From Verrucomicrobiales bacterium (GTDB lineage: Bacteria; Verrucomicrobiota; Verrucomicrobiia; Verrucomicrobiales; V1-33), in contig JANOAV010000150.1 in NCBI GenBank assembly GCA_031411295.1, positions 1-64,000 of the forward strand: a DNA stretch of 64,000 nucleotides, given 5' to 3'. Below the pieces are notes generated by a model. It saw only the letters and a list, made by a program, of their open reading frames with translations, did no database searches and had not been told where the DNA came from. Both the position numbers and the translations under genes were made by a program. Below, piece by piece: positions 17,710-26,974 of the stretch (its first letter is position 1; each line of letters opens with the position of its first letter).

Positions 17710-20328
17710 ATGGACCGACCACTTTCTTCACCTAACGAAGGTAACCAACAGGCACTGCCGGATGCTAAGCAATGGGCGGAGATTTATCAGGAGTTCACCT
17801 GGGGGGAAGTGGTGTCGGCAGTGGGGGATGAAGTCTTGTATCGCGCCACCTTTGGCCCGCAGGCCCAGCCCTGTCTGCTGCTGCCATTACGGAGCGAGAC
17901 CTTTCCCACCCCGGCCGATTTAGACAGGTTCGCCCACGGGATGGCGGCAATTCAGCAACTAAGCGCTCCGGCGTTGTTAAACATTCTGGGCGTGGGGATT
18001 CGTGCTGGCACAGCCTGTGTTTGTTATGATAACTTTGCGGGAACGCCCCTTTTGAACCTGATCCCCAAGCGCCCGAAAGCACCCGTCTCAGTTAAGTTGT
18101 TGGCTGCGGTGGGGCTGGGATTGCATACCGCTCATTTGCAAGGCTTTGCCCATTGGGATCTCAATCCGGCGTGGATCCTTGTCGGAGAGCAAGGCGAGGC
18201 CAGGCTTGTCGGCCTGGGGGTTACGCCACTGATCTATCCCACGAAGCGTCTGTTCTATGAAGCTTGCCTGCGTCGGCCCGCTGCGCTTCGCGCCTATGTA
18301 GCCCCAGAGCAGTTGAAAGCGGAAGCGGAGATTCCAGTCTCTGCCCGCACGGATATTTACTCCCTGGGTGCCATCGCCTATCATTTGCTCACCGGGGTTC
18401 CGCTGGGAGGCTACGTGGTCCTGCCTAGCAGTAACCGGGAAGTCGGCACCTTTACAGACAACGTTGTCTTTACCGCCACCCTGGCTGATCCCAATGCCCG
18501 ACAAGCCACTGCGGAGATCTTCGCAAACAATCTCTGCCTGATCGGTGGAGGGGTGGATAACTCCCATTACTCACTCACTGATCCCGCGGAGGCCCAACGC
18601 GTCCAACAAGCCCGCAAGGAGCGCCAGCGCAATCTGGTCTTGGCCGGCTTGGCTTTGATTGCCGGGGTGGGGGCGATGGCTTACAAGCTCTACAAATCGA
18701 ACGCTGAGGAAGCGAATGCTAGTCCTGTGGCGGAAACCGCCGCTGGCAAATCGGGTTCCCCGACAGCGCAACTTAAAAGCCTGGTGTCTAAGGAGAGCAA
18801 GGAGGAGGCGATGGCGGTGATTAGTGTGCTCCTGCAGAAGGTGGTCGCTGCGAATTGGTCAAAAGAGAAGACCGAGGAGCTGGAGGAAATGAGCCCGGTC
18901 GCGATACAACTCGGGCAGGAGGAAGTGCTGCTGGCCAAGACCACACAGCTCCTCAGCGAACTTCCGCCAGATTCCCCCGACTTAGAGCGAGTTGGGCGAC
19001 TGGTGAGTCTCCTCACTGAAGGCACCAAGAACCACCACGAGGCGCTGAATGCAGCCAGGAGATATCGCGAAGGTGGGCAGAAGGATCTGGCCCGGGCGGA
19101 ATTAGCTCGGGCGCAGGCATTCCTGCCGGATAATCCCAAGACGTTGGCAGAGTTCCGATTGCTCAACGATAGCTGCCTCCCCAGCCTGACGACCGCTCTC
19201 TCCCAAGCGAAATTGCCCGGTGGTGCCCCGGTGCAATTTGCGGTCAGGGAGCGGGGATTGGAACTACAGGTTGATCTTGCGAATAATCTTGAGCTAAAAG
19301 ACCTTGGTTTCCTCAAGGGCCATCCGATCACTCATTTGGATATCAGCAATACCGCAGTTAGTGATCTGGAGCCCTTGTCGAATCTGCCTCTGCACGTCCT
19401 CCATTTGGACGATACGCAGGTTCAGGACTTAAGACCGCTCCGTAGCCTGAGCCTGCGGATGCTGAGTGCCGAAGGGAATGAGATTCTGCAAAAAGGCTTG
19501 GTTACCAAGAGTATCTTTCTGACCAATTATCGGATCGGGTTGCCTTACGACAAATCCCTGAGCAAGACAGACCGGGCCCAGGTGAACCGGGCGTGGACGA
19601 ATCATCTCGGGATGAGATTCTCCCCTCTCCAGGGCAGCACCACCATCTTGTTTGGTGATTGGGAAACCCGCCAAGGCGATTTTGATACCTTTGCACAAGA
19701 GACAAAATTTACTGCCACCCCGGGTATGACCTGCCGGAATGAGGCAGGTGAATGGAAAAGTCAGCCGTTCTCCTGGTCGAATCCGCCAGGTGAACAAAGT
19801 GTCGTGGATCCAGTCATTGGGGTGAACTTTGCGGAGGCTACCCGATTTTGTGATTGGCTGACCAAGCAGGCGATCGAAAAAGACCAGATCCCAAAGACCG
19901 CCAGATTCCGGCTCCCCACTAGCAAGGAATGGAGCCAAGCCACCGGGTTACTCCCTGAATCACCCGACGAAAAAAAATCCCTCTACCCGTGGGGCAATGA
20001 TTGGCCACCGCTCGCCACTGCGGGGAATTATCCAACCATCACGCCGTCCGGTGGCCCGGCTCCGGCCAAACGGAAATTCCCGTTCACGAGCCCCGCTGGC
20101 CGCTTCCGCAACCTCTGCCCGCATCGGGACATGGGTGGCAACGTGCGCGAGTGGTGCGTTGGTGCCGACAACAAGCCCGTCCTGCGGGATGCCTCCTGCC
20201 AGTTGGATGCCAGAGATTTCCCCAAAATCGAAGACGCTCTAAAGCTCGATGCTGAGACCTCCCTGCCAGCCGATGCGAGAGACTCCACCGTAGGCTTCCG
20301 CATCGTGCTAGACTTCGGCCAACTCTGA
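17710..20328 (+). CDS. Ser/Thr kinase-like (degenerate) + TM + LRR + formylglycine-generating-enzyme (SUMF1) domain protein
   Basis: HWDLNP, YVAPEQ and DIYSLG. TM LVLAGLALIAGVGAMAY. LRR LDISNTAVSDLEPL. FGE motifs PVIGVN, FRLPT..EW, YPWG, DMGGNVREWC and GFRIV. Confidence 0.8.
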   Translation: MDRPLSSPNEGNQQALPDAKQWAEIYQEFTWGEVVSAVGDEVLYRATFGPQAQPCLLLPLRSETFPTPADLDRFAHGMAAIQQLSAPALLNILGVGIRAGTACVCYDNFAGTPLLNLIPKRPKAPVSVKLLAAVGLGLHTAHLQGFAHWDLNPAWILVGEQGEARLVGLGVTPLIYPTKRLFYEACLRRPAALRAYVAPEQLKAEAEIPVSARTDIYSLGAIAYHLLTGVPLGGYVVLPSSNREVGTFTDNVVFTATLADPNARQATAEIFANNLCLIGGGVDNSHYSLTDPAEAQRVQQARKERQRNLVLAGLALIAGVGAMAYKLYKSNAEEANASPVAETAAGKSGSPTAQLKSLVSKESKEEAMAVISVLLQKVVAANWSKEKTEELEEMSPVAIQLGQEEVLLAKTTQLLSELPPDSPDLERVGRLVSLLTEGTKNHHEALNAARRYREGGQKDLARAELARAQAFLPDNPKTLAEFRLLNDSCLPSLTTALSQAKLPGGAPVQFAVRERGLELQVDLANNLELKDLGFLKGHPITHLDISNTAVSDLEPLSNLPLHVLHLDDTQVQDLRPLRSLSLRMLSAEGNEILQKGLVTKSIFLTNYRIGLPYDKSLSKTDRAQVNRAWTNHLGMRFSPLQGSTTILFGDWETRQGDFDTFAQETKFTATPGMTCRNEAGEWKSQPFSWSNPPGEQSVVDPVIGVNFAEATRFCDWLTKQAIEKDQIPKTARFRLPTSKEWSQATGLLPESPDEKKSLYPWGNDWPPLATAGNYPTITPSGGPAPAKRKFPFTSPAGRFRNLCPHRDMGGNVREWCVGADNKPVLRDASCQLDARDFPKIEDALKLDAETSLPADARDSTVGFRIVLDFGQL

Positions 20329-20476
20329 GCAATCCCGAATGTGGAGCAGTCCGCTGGACTGCTCGCCCCCGCGATTCGGAGCATGAAATTAGGACCGCTA
20401 GGACCGCTAGGACCGTCGGCCCCGTCTAAGAGTTATACATTGACCGAATCCGGTGGTGATAGCATATTGTTGCCTC

Positions 20477-23400
20477 ATGGAATTGTCTAAATGGAAAAAG
20501 TATCGAGTCTTTGGAAGTAAGGTTGTTTGCACAATGGCGATGCTCTTGGCCCTACTGCAGCAACGAACGATGGCGTCGATTACTCCAACGGGTGCAGATC
20601 GTGTAGTCACCATCAATGAAGATTCCTCTTACACCTTCGCTCTTAGCGACTGGGGGTTTTCGGACGCTGGGGATACTCCGCCCAATGCCTTTACTCGGGT
20701 CTATATCGAATTCCCCCCAACGGCTGGGAAATTGGTGGGAGGTGGGCTCGTGGATCCTATGCCGGTAACTCACGGAACTTTTGTAGAAGTTTTCCCAGCG
20801 GCTGGCAGAGTCTGGACGCGCCGCGATTCTGCGCGAGACTGGAACGCGGTGGCTTCCTCCGGGGATGGTTCCAAATTAGTCGCCACGGTCCGGGGTGGGC
20901 AAATTTATACTTCAGCAGATTCCGGCGTGTCTTGGAATGCCCATGAATCCAACCGGAATTGGCAAGCCGTCGCCTCCTCTGCGGATGGGCTGAAGGTTGC
21001 TGCGGTGGTGGGTGGTGATTCCAACTTGGGACAGGTTTATTTGTCAGCAGATGCAGGTTTGACTTGGACCCCAAGTGCAACGGCTCGCAATTGGCAGGCG
21101 ATTGCTTCCTCTGCAGATGGCACCAAGCTCGTAGCCGTCGCGGACATGATTTACACATCGATTGATTCAGGGAGCACTTGGACAGCCCGTGAAACGGCAC
21201 GCAACTGGCGGACCGTGACCTCATCTGCAGACGGGATGCGCCTCGTAGCTGGGGTTGATTCAGGCACGCTCTATCTGTCCAGCGATGGAGGGCAGACTTG
21301 GGTGCCTGGGGAGACAACTGATTCCTGGATATCAATCGCATCCTCTTCTGATGGGACTGTCATTCTGGCATCCAGCACTAACTATGTATACGTTTCGCAC
21401 GACGCGGGTCTTACTTGGGAGAAGTCGGATCTGGGCAGAATGGATTTGAGGCTGGCGTGCTCTGCTGATGGTCGGAAAAAGTTCGCCCTATCTAGTTCGT
21501 GGGGCATGCTCGCATCTGTTGATGACCATGGCTGGTTCCAACGATCTTCTGGCGTCGGGAGCTATATTGCCTGTTCACTTGACGGGGAAAGATTGGTGGC
21601 GGCTGGCGCAGCCACAATCAACACTTCGGTGACATCCGTCCCTATTCTCCGCTATACACCCGCTCCGGATGCAAACGGGAGCTCCTATGCAAAATTCTGC
21701 TTTCAGGTAGAGGATGATGGGGATTGGGGATCCCGGCTGGAGCCCGGACTCCACACCATGACGATCAATGTGCTGGCTGTGGACGATGATCCTCCCGCGC
21801 TCGTTCATTTTATGCAGGATCAGGTGGCCGCACGGGGTGCGCCCTTTTCTTACCAAGTTCCAGCGGATACCCTGGTGGATCCAGATGCAGGAACGGTCCT
21901 CAGCTACACTGCCTCCCTGCACGACGGAGGCCCGCTCCCTCCTTGGCTTAACTTCCATCCTGGCACGCGCACCTTTAGCGGCACTCCAACTATAGAAATG
22001 GGAGGACCAGTGGCCGTAAAGGTCACTGCTACTGACAATGGAACTCCGCAGCGATCAGGGAGCACACTCTTCAACATCATGATTCCCTCGACTGCCCCGA
22101 CAGGCACGGACGGGAGTGCCACACTGAATGAGGATACGGCCTACCGCATCGACCCTTCGGACTTTGGCTTTTCGGACCCTGCGGATTCACCGCCCAACCG
22201 TTTCACCCGGTTGAAGATCACGTCCCTGCCCATCAATGGAACGCTTTGGATGGATGGTCACCCGGTCTCCGCGGGCGCTGTGGTCTCGATGATACCAAGT
22301 TTCTCTGGAACGTGGGACCACAGTGCTGCACACTCAAGCGTGGGCGACGTGTTCCTCTCCACGGACGGCAGCAAAATTCTAACTACGGCGGACTCCCGCA
22401 TCATCGCCTCTGATAATTTCGGAACAACGTGGACCCCGCTTTATAATGCTCCCCCCTATACCTTTTCCATGGTTGCCTCCGCCGACGCTTCCAAGCTCGC
22501 AGCCACAAACTACTCTGGACTGTTCACCTCAACTGACGGCGGTTTAACCTGGGTGCCTCGTCGTAGTGACTTGTCATTCCGCAGCCTCGCATCTTCGGCG
22601 GATGGTTCGAAGCTAATGGGGACGACTGTGGGGAAAACGCCGTATTTCTACCGTTCGGTTGATTCGGGATTGTCTTGGTCCTCAGCCGAAGCTCCAGCTG
22701 ATTGTGCGCACATGGTCTGTTCCGCAGATGGTCAGCGCCTGCTCTGCACGAGTTCTTTTGCGGATATGATGAGCCATTCGGCAGATGGTGGCTTAAGCTG
22801 GAACAGACGCGGGATCGGGCTGACATGGTCCGCTGTGGCGACCTCCGCAGATGGCTCCTTTCTCGTAGCCATCGCCTTGGGAGACGGAAGCATTTGGACC
22901 TCAACTAACTTTGGCGAGTCCTGGACTCAAAGGAACGCCAGCGTCAGGTTCGATGATGTAACCGTCTCGGCGGATGGCCGCACAATTGCGGCCATTGGAT
23001 GGAACAAGGTCTTCATCTCCCAGGATTCAGGGCAAACTTGGACGCCCACCTATCAGGCCGATAGGGCATGGGACCATATCAAAATTTCAGCGGACGGCTC
23101 GACTCTCTGCGCAGTGCAAGCAGATGGTTATCTCAGGGTAGCCAACGCTCCGCTACCAAACCTCATCTACATCCCTGGCCCCAACACCTACGGCACAGCC
23201 TATGACAGCTTCACCTTTCAGGTCATCGACGATGGACTGGGAAGCAACATCGATCCGACGCCGAAAACCTTTGTCCTGAATGTCAATTCAGTGAACGACG
23301 CCCCGATCCTTACCTTACAACCCATTCCTCCAAAGGGGATCGAACACACGCCTTATGTTTATCAAATCCCTGCCACAACCTTCGTCGATCCGGACGGGGA

Positions 23401-25201
23401 TGTTCTCAGCTATTCCGCTTCTGGATTGCCTTCCTGGCTTAATTTTGACCCGACGACACGCACGCTCAGTGGCACTCCGCCAGATGCACGTTCAATATCA
23501 GTAATTATCACCGCCAGCGATGCTGGTTCGCCTCCATTGCAGGAGTCCGTGCTCGTCAGGCTGGTGAGCACGAATGTGGACGATCCCCCTGATGGCACCG
23601 ATGCCACGCTCTACATGCATTTGGGCCAGGGCTACAACTTCCACCCTGCCGACTTCGGATTCACGGATCCGCTCGATTTGGTAAACAATAATTTTAGCCG
23701 AGTGCGCATCGCCACGTTGCCCGCAACGGGGACACTTTCCCTTGATGGCAGTCCAGTGACTATTGGCAGTTACTATGCTTTGCCCAGAGCTTTGGGTGAG
23801 GTATGGACTCCGCGAGAAAGCAGCCGCACGTGGAAGGCGGTTGCTCTATCTGCAGATGGTTTGAAAATTTTAGCAGCGGCTGCGAATAGTCGGCTGCTGA
23901 CCTCGGTGGATGGCGGCGCGAGCTGGACGGCGCGGGAAAGCATTCGAAACTGGCAAGCAGTCGCTTCCTCCTCAGATGGTGCCACCTTGGCCGCTGCGGA
24001 CTCCAGTCGGATCTACATCTCGACCGATGCTGGAGTCACTTGGACCGCGAGCGGGCCAGTGAAATCGTGGACCGCCTTGGCATGCTCTACCAATGGAGAT
24101 AAACTCGTGGCCGTAGGCACCAACAGCCAAATCTACACTTCTACAAATTTCGGCGGCACTTGGACTGCGCGCGGGACCAGTCAAACTTGGTCCTCGGTGG
24201 CCTCCTCTGCAGATGGCACGCAATTGGTCGCTGCGGTATATAACGGGCAGATTTATGTTTCTTCGGACTCGGGTGTTGCATGGACGATTCGATCCCCCTC
24301 CATCTCGGCACTTAAGAACATTTCCTGGATCTCCATCACCTCTTCTGCCGACGGCCAAAAATTAGCGTTGATGAGCGATTACAACGAATTTTACACTTCG
24401 ACCAACGCCGGGATTAACTGGGTTCCGAGGAGTCAATCTCGAATCAAATGCCTCGCATGTTCGGCCGATGGCAATAGGTTGGTGGCCTTTCCCTTGAATG
24501 GTAGGATCGGCATTTCCGACAACCAAGGGGGCACTTGGCGATTCGCTGTAGGTTCTCAGAGCTGGGTTAGTGGAGGTATTTCCTCGGACGGCAACACGAT
24601 CATGGGAGGGACCAATGGAGGCAGACTTTATACCAGTAAAACAATTCCAGCACACACTCTGGCCTATTCTCCCGTGGGGCCACCTGTGGGCACCAATTCC
24701 GTGAGCTTTGATTTCCAAGTGGAGGATGATGGGGAACCGGGATCCAACTTAGATATCACCCCCAATACCCTCACGCTGAATCTGTCGACGCCGTTTGAAA
24801 CTTGGGCGCTTGCAAATGGACTGCCCACCAATCCCAACGCCGAGACGGGTGGAAACCTATTGCGCTTTGCCTTTGGCCTACCCGCGGTGGGAGCCACAGG
24901 CGGGACCATCTCGATCAATAACGGGATCATAACCCAATACGGACCGCCTACAGTGCAGGTGCCAGACCCCGAGCAAGGGCTGCCATTTCGCGCGCTCTTT
25001 GGCCGAAGGAAACAATCTGGACTGATTTACACCGTCCAATTCAGCGCAAACCTTACAACCTGGCAAGCCAGCCAGAACGCCCCGACCATCCTAGCGGATG
25101 ATGGAACTATCGAGGCTTGTGCGGTCGCTTTCCCCTCGACACTAGCACCAACTTCGTCCGCCCACCCCAACTTCTTTCGCATCGTCGTCAATGCGCCATA
25201 A
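20477..25201 (+). CDS. Large secreted protein with three BNR/Asp-box beta-propellers and cadherin/putative-Ig domains
   Basis: Repeats W.AVASSADG.KLVA...IYTS.D.G.TW. He_PIG-like LPPWLNFHPGTRTFSGTP and LPSWLNFDPTTRTLSGTP. Start uncertain (20453, 20477 or 20534). Confidence 0.8.
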   Translation: MELSKWKKYRVFGSKVVCTMAMLLALLQQRTMASITPTGADRVVTINEDSSYTFALSDWGFSDAGDTPPNAFTRVYIEFPPTAGKLVGGGLVDPMPVTHGTFVEVFPAAGRVWTRRDSARDWNAVASSGDGSKLVATVRGGQIYTSADSGVSWNAHESNRNWQAVASSADGLKVAAVVGGDSNLGQVYLSADAGLTWTPSATARNWQAIASSADGTKLVAVADMIYTSIDSGSTWTARETARNWRTVTSSADGMRLVAGVDSGTLYLSSDGGQTWVPGETTDSWISIASSSDGTVILASSTNYVYVSHDAGLTWEKSDLGRMDLRLACSADGRKKFALSSSWGMLASVDDHGWFQRSSGVGSYIACSLDGERLVAAGAATINTSVTSVPILRYTPAPDANGSSYAKFCFQVEDDGDWGSRLEPGLHTMTINVLAVDDDPPALVHFMQDQVAARGAPFSYQVPADTLVDPDAGTVLSYTASLHDGGPLPPWLNFHPGTRTFSGTPTIEMGGPVAVKVTATDNGTPQRSGSTLFNIMIPSTAPTGTDGSATLNEDTAYRIDPSDFGFSDPADSPPNRFTRLKITSLPINGTLWMDGHPVSAGAVVSMIPSFSGTWDHSAAHSSVGDVFLSTDGSKILTTADSRIIASDNFGTTWTPLYNAPPYTFSMVASADASKLAATNYSGLFTSTDGGLTWVPRRSDLSFRSLASSADGSKLMGTTVGKTPYFYRSVDSGLSWSSAEAPADCAHMVCSADGQRLLCTSSFADMMSHSADGGLSWNRRGIGLTWSAVATSADGSFLVAIALGDGSIWTSTNFGESWTQRNASVRFDDVTVSADGRTIAAIGWNKVFISQDSGQTWTPTYQADRAWDHIKISADGSTLCAVQADGYLRVANAPLPNLIYIPGPNTYGTAYDSFTFQVIDDGLGSNIDPTPKTFVLNVNSVNDAPILTLQPIPPKGIEHTPYVYQIPATTFVDPDGDVLSYSASGLPSWLNFDPTTRTLSGTPPDARSISVIITASDAGSPPLQESVLVRLVSTNVDDPPDGTDATLYMHLGQGYNFHPADFGFTDPLDLVNNNFSRVRIATLPATGTLSLDGSPVTIGSYYALPRALGEVWTPRESSRTWKAVALSADGLKILAAAANSRLLTSVDGGASWTARESIRNWQAVASSSDGATLAAADSSRIYISTDAGVTWTASGPVKSWTALACSTNGDKLVAVGTNSQIYTSTNFGGTWTARGTSQTWSSVASSADGTQLVAAVYNGQIYVSSDSGVAWTIRSPSISALKNISWISITSSADGQKLALMSDYNEFYTSTNAGINWVPRSQSRIKCLACSADGNRLVAFPLNGRIGISDNQGGTWRFAVGSQSWVSGGISSDGNTIMGGTNGGRLYTSKTIPAHTLAYSPVGPPVGTNSVSFDFQVEDDGEPGSNLDITPNTLTLNLSTPFETWALANGLPTNPNAETGGNLLRFAFGLPAVGATGGTISINNGIITQYGPPTVQVPDPEQGLPFRALFGRRKQSGLIYTVQFSANLTTWQASQNAPTILADDGTIEACAVAFPSTLAPTSSAHPNFFRIVVNAP

Positions 25202-25444
25202 GTTCCCTATTCGAAACCCTCAACGGATCAGCCTCGGCTGCAAGCCGCTTGAGGGGAGATCCAAGGAGCGACATTGACGACAAATTCCACGTCGATGAGG
25301 GGAACCCATTTCCCGGGATAAACCCATGGATGCAAAAGCGCTGGCCGGATGTGCATAACGCGTTGAACACATATGTGAAGCCATCGCCGGCAGAAGTAGC
25401 CAGAATACATCCATCATCCCACTGCTACCTAAGAGGAACAAAAT

Positions 25445-26971
25445 TCAGATCACCAACTCACTAAGCACCTTTCCCTCATCCGTCGGTCCGATGAGTCGGT
25501 TATCTAGGCCTTGCCATGGGAAACTGAAGCGATATGGATCCAGCCCTAGCACGTGCTGAATCGTGGCTTGCAGGCTGCGGATGCTGACGGGTTTATCCAC
25601 CGGATAATAACCGAACTCATCCGTCTGGCCATACGATAGTCCGCCTTTGATACCGCCGCCGGCCATCCACATGCTGAATGCGTGAGGATGGTGATCGCGT
25701 CCGATGAAGCCTTTCTTCAACTCCGTGTTCACATTGTTCTGCATCATCGGCGTGCGGCCGAATTCCCCGCCCCAGACGATTAATGTTTCGCTCAACAAAC
25801 CCGTGCGCTCCAAGTCCGTGAGCAGTGCAGCGATGGCCTTGTCCGTTTGCTGACATTTGATGGGCAAGGTTTCATCAATGCTTTCCCCAGGCGAGGATCC
25901 GTGGTGATCCCAGCCCCAATCATAAAGTTGCACGAAACGCACCCCGTTCTCTAACAGACGTCGCGCCAGCAGGCAGTTGTTGGCAAAGGTCGGGTCATCG
26001 CCCTTGTAGAGCGCGCGTGGATCATCAGCGGACTCGGACTTGGAAACAAAGCCTGGCTTGGCTCCGTAGAGGTCCAGCACGTGTTGTGGCTCCTTGGAAA
26101 TATCCATCACTTCCGGCACCGACATCTGCATCCGGTAGGCCAGTTCATACTGCGCAATGCGCGTGATTGTCTCCGGATCTGCACTGCGTTCGTGTTCCGC
26201 CTGATTCATTTCCGCCAGTGTGTCTAACATCCGACGACGCAGGCTGCGATCCATCCCCGCTGGATCGCCCAGATACAGCACCGGATCACCCTTGGTGCGG
26301 CACTGCACGCCTTGATAAACGCTGGGCAGAAAGCCCGAACCCCAGAGCGATTTCCCCGCATCCGGCGTCTTTCCACCAGAGAGCAGGACCACGAAACCCG
26401 GCAGGTTTTCGTTCATGCTCCCGAGTCCATAAGTCACCCAGGACCCAAGCGACGGATTGCCCAACCGTGGCGTGCCCGTGTGCACGAAGAGTTGTGCCGG
26501 CGCATGATTGAACTGATCCGTGTGCACCGTCCGCAGCACGCTGAATTTATCGGCCACCGTGCTTAGATTTGGCAGCAGTTCACTGATCCACTGAGCGCTC
26601 TGGCCATGTTGTTTGAATGAAAACTGTCCGGCTAGGATCTTCGGCACGCCTTTGATGAAAGCGAAGCGCTTCCCTTCCAGAAAGGAAGCGGGAGCGTCCT
26701 TCATGTGCAGCTTCATGAGGTCCGGCTTGTTTTCAAACAGCTCCAACTGCGAGGGGGATCCCGCCATGTGCAGGTAAATCACCCGCTTCGCCTTGGCCGG
26801 AATCATGGTGGGCTTCGGTGCCAACGGATTCACCGCACCGACCGCCTTGCTTTCCCCTTGCAGCAGGGATTGCAGCGCCAATGCGCCGACGCCCAAGCCG
26901 CTGGATTTGAAGAAATGCCGCCGCGTTTGCTGGCGCGCGCGGGTTAGGAAAAGATCGTTTAGCTCGTTCAT
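25445..26971 (-). CDS. DUF1501 family protein with Tat-like signal
   Basis: TRRHFFK, AKRVIYLHMAGSPSQLELFE.KP, GVRFVQL..WGWDHH, WGGEFGRTP, GRDHHP. Confidence 0.9.
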   Translation of the reverse strand: MNELNDLFLTRARQQTRRHFFKSSGLGVGALALQSLLQGESKAVGAVNPLAPKPTMIPAKAKRVIYLHMAGSPSQLELFENKPDLMKLHMKDAPASFLEGKRFAFIKGVPKILAGQFSFKQHGQSAQWISELLPNLSTVADKFSVLRTVHTDQFNHAPAQLFVHTGTPRLGNPSLGSWVTYGLGSMNENLPGFVVLLSGGKTPDAGKSLWGSGFLPSVYQGVQCRTKGDPVLYLGDPAGMDRSLRRRMLDTLAEMNQAEHERSADPETITRIAQYELAYRMQMSVPEVMDISKEPQHVLDLYGAKPGFVSKSESADDPRALYKGDDPTFANNCLLARRLLENGVRFVQLYDWGWDHHGSSPGESIDETLPIKCQQTDKAIAALLTDLERTGLLSETLIVWGGEFGRTPMMQNNVNTELKKGFIGRDHHPHAFSMWMAGGGIKGGLSYGQTDEFGYYPVDKPVSIRSLQATIQHVLGLDPYRFSFPWQGLDNRLIGPTDEGKVLSELVI

Positions 26972-26974
26972 GGC

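Noticed and set aside
25188..25441. Small minus-strand ORFs between the propeller gene and the DUF1501 gene
   Set aside because: Short, overlapping, with no motif or clear start. A gene call cannot be supported.
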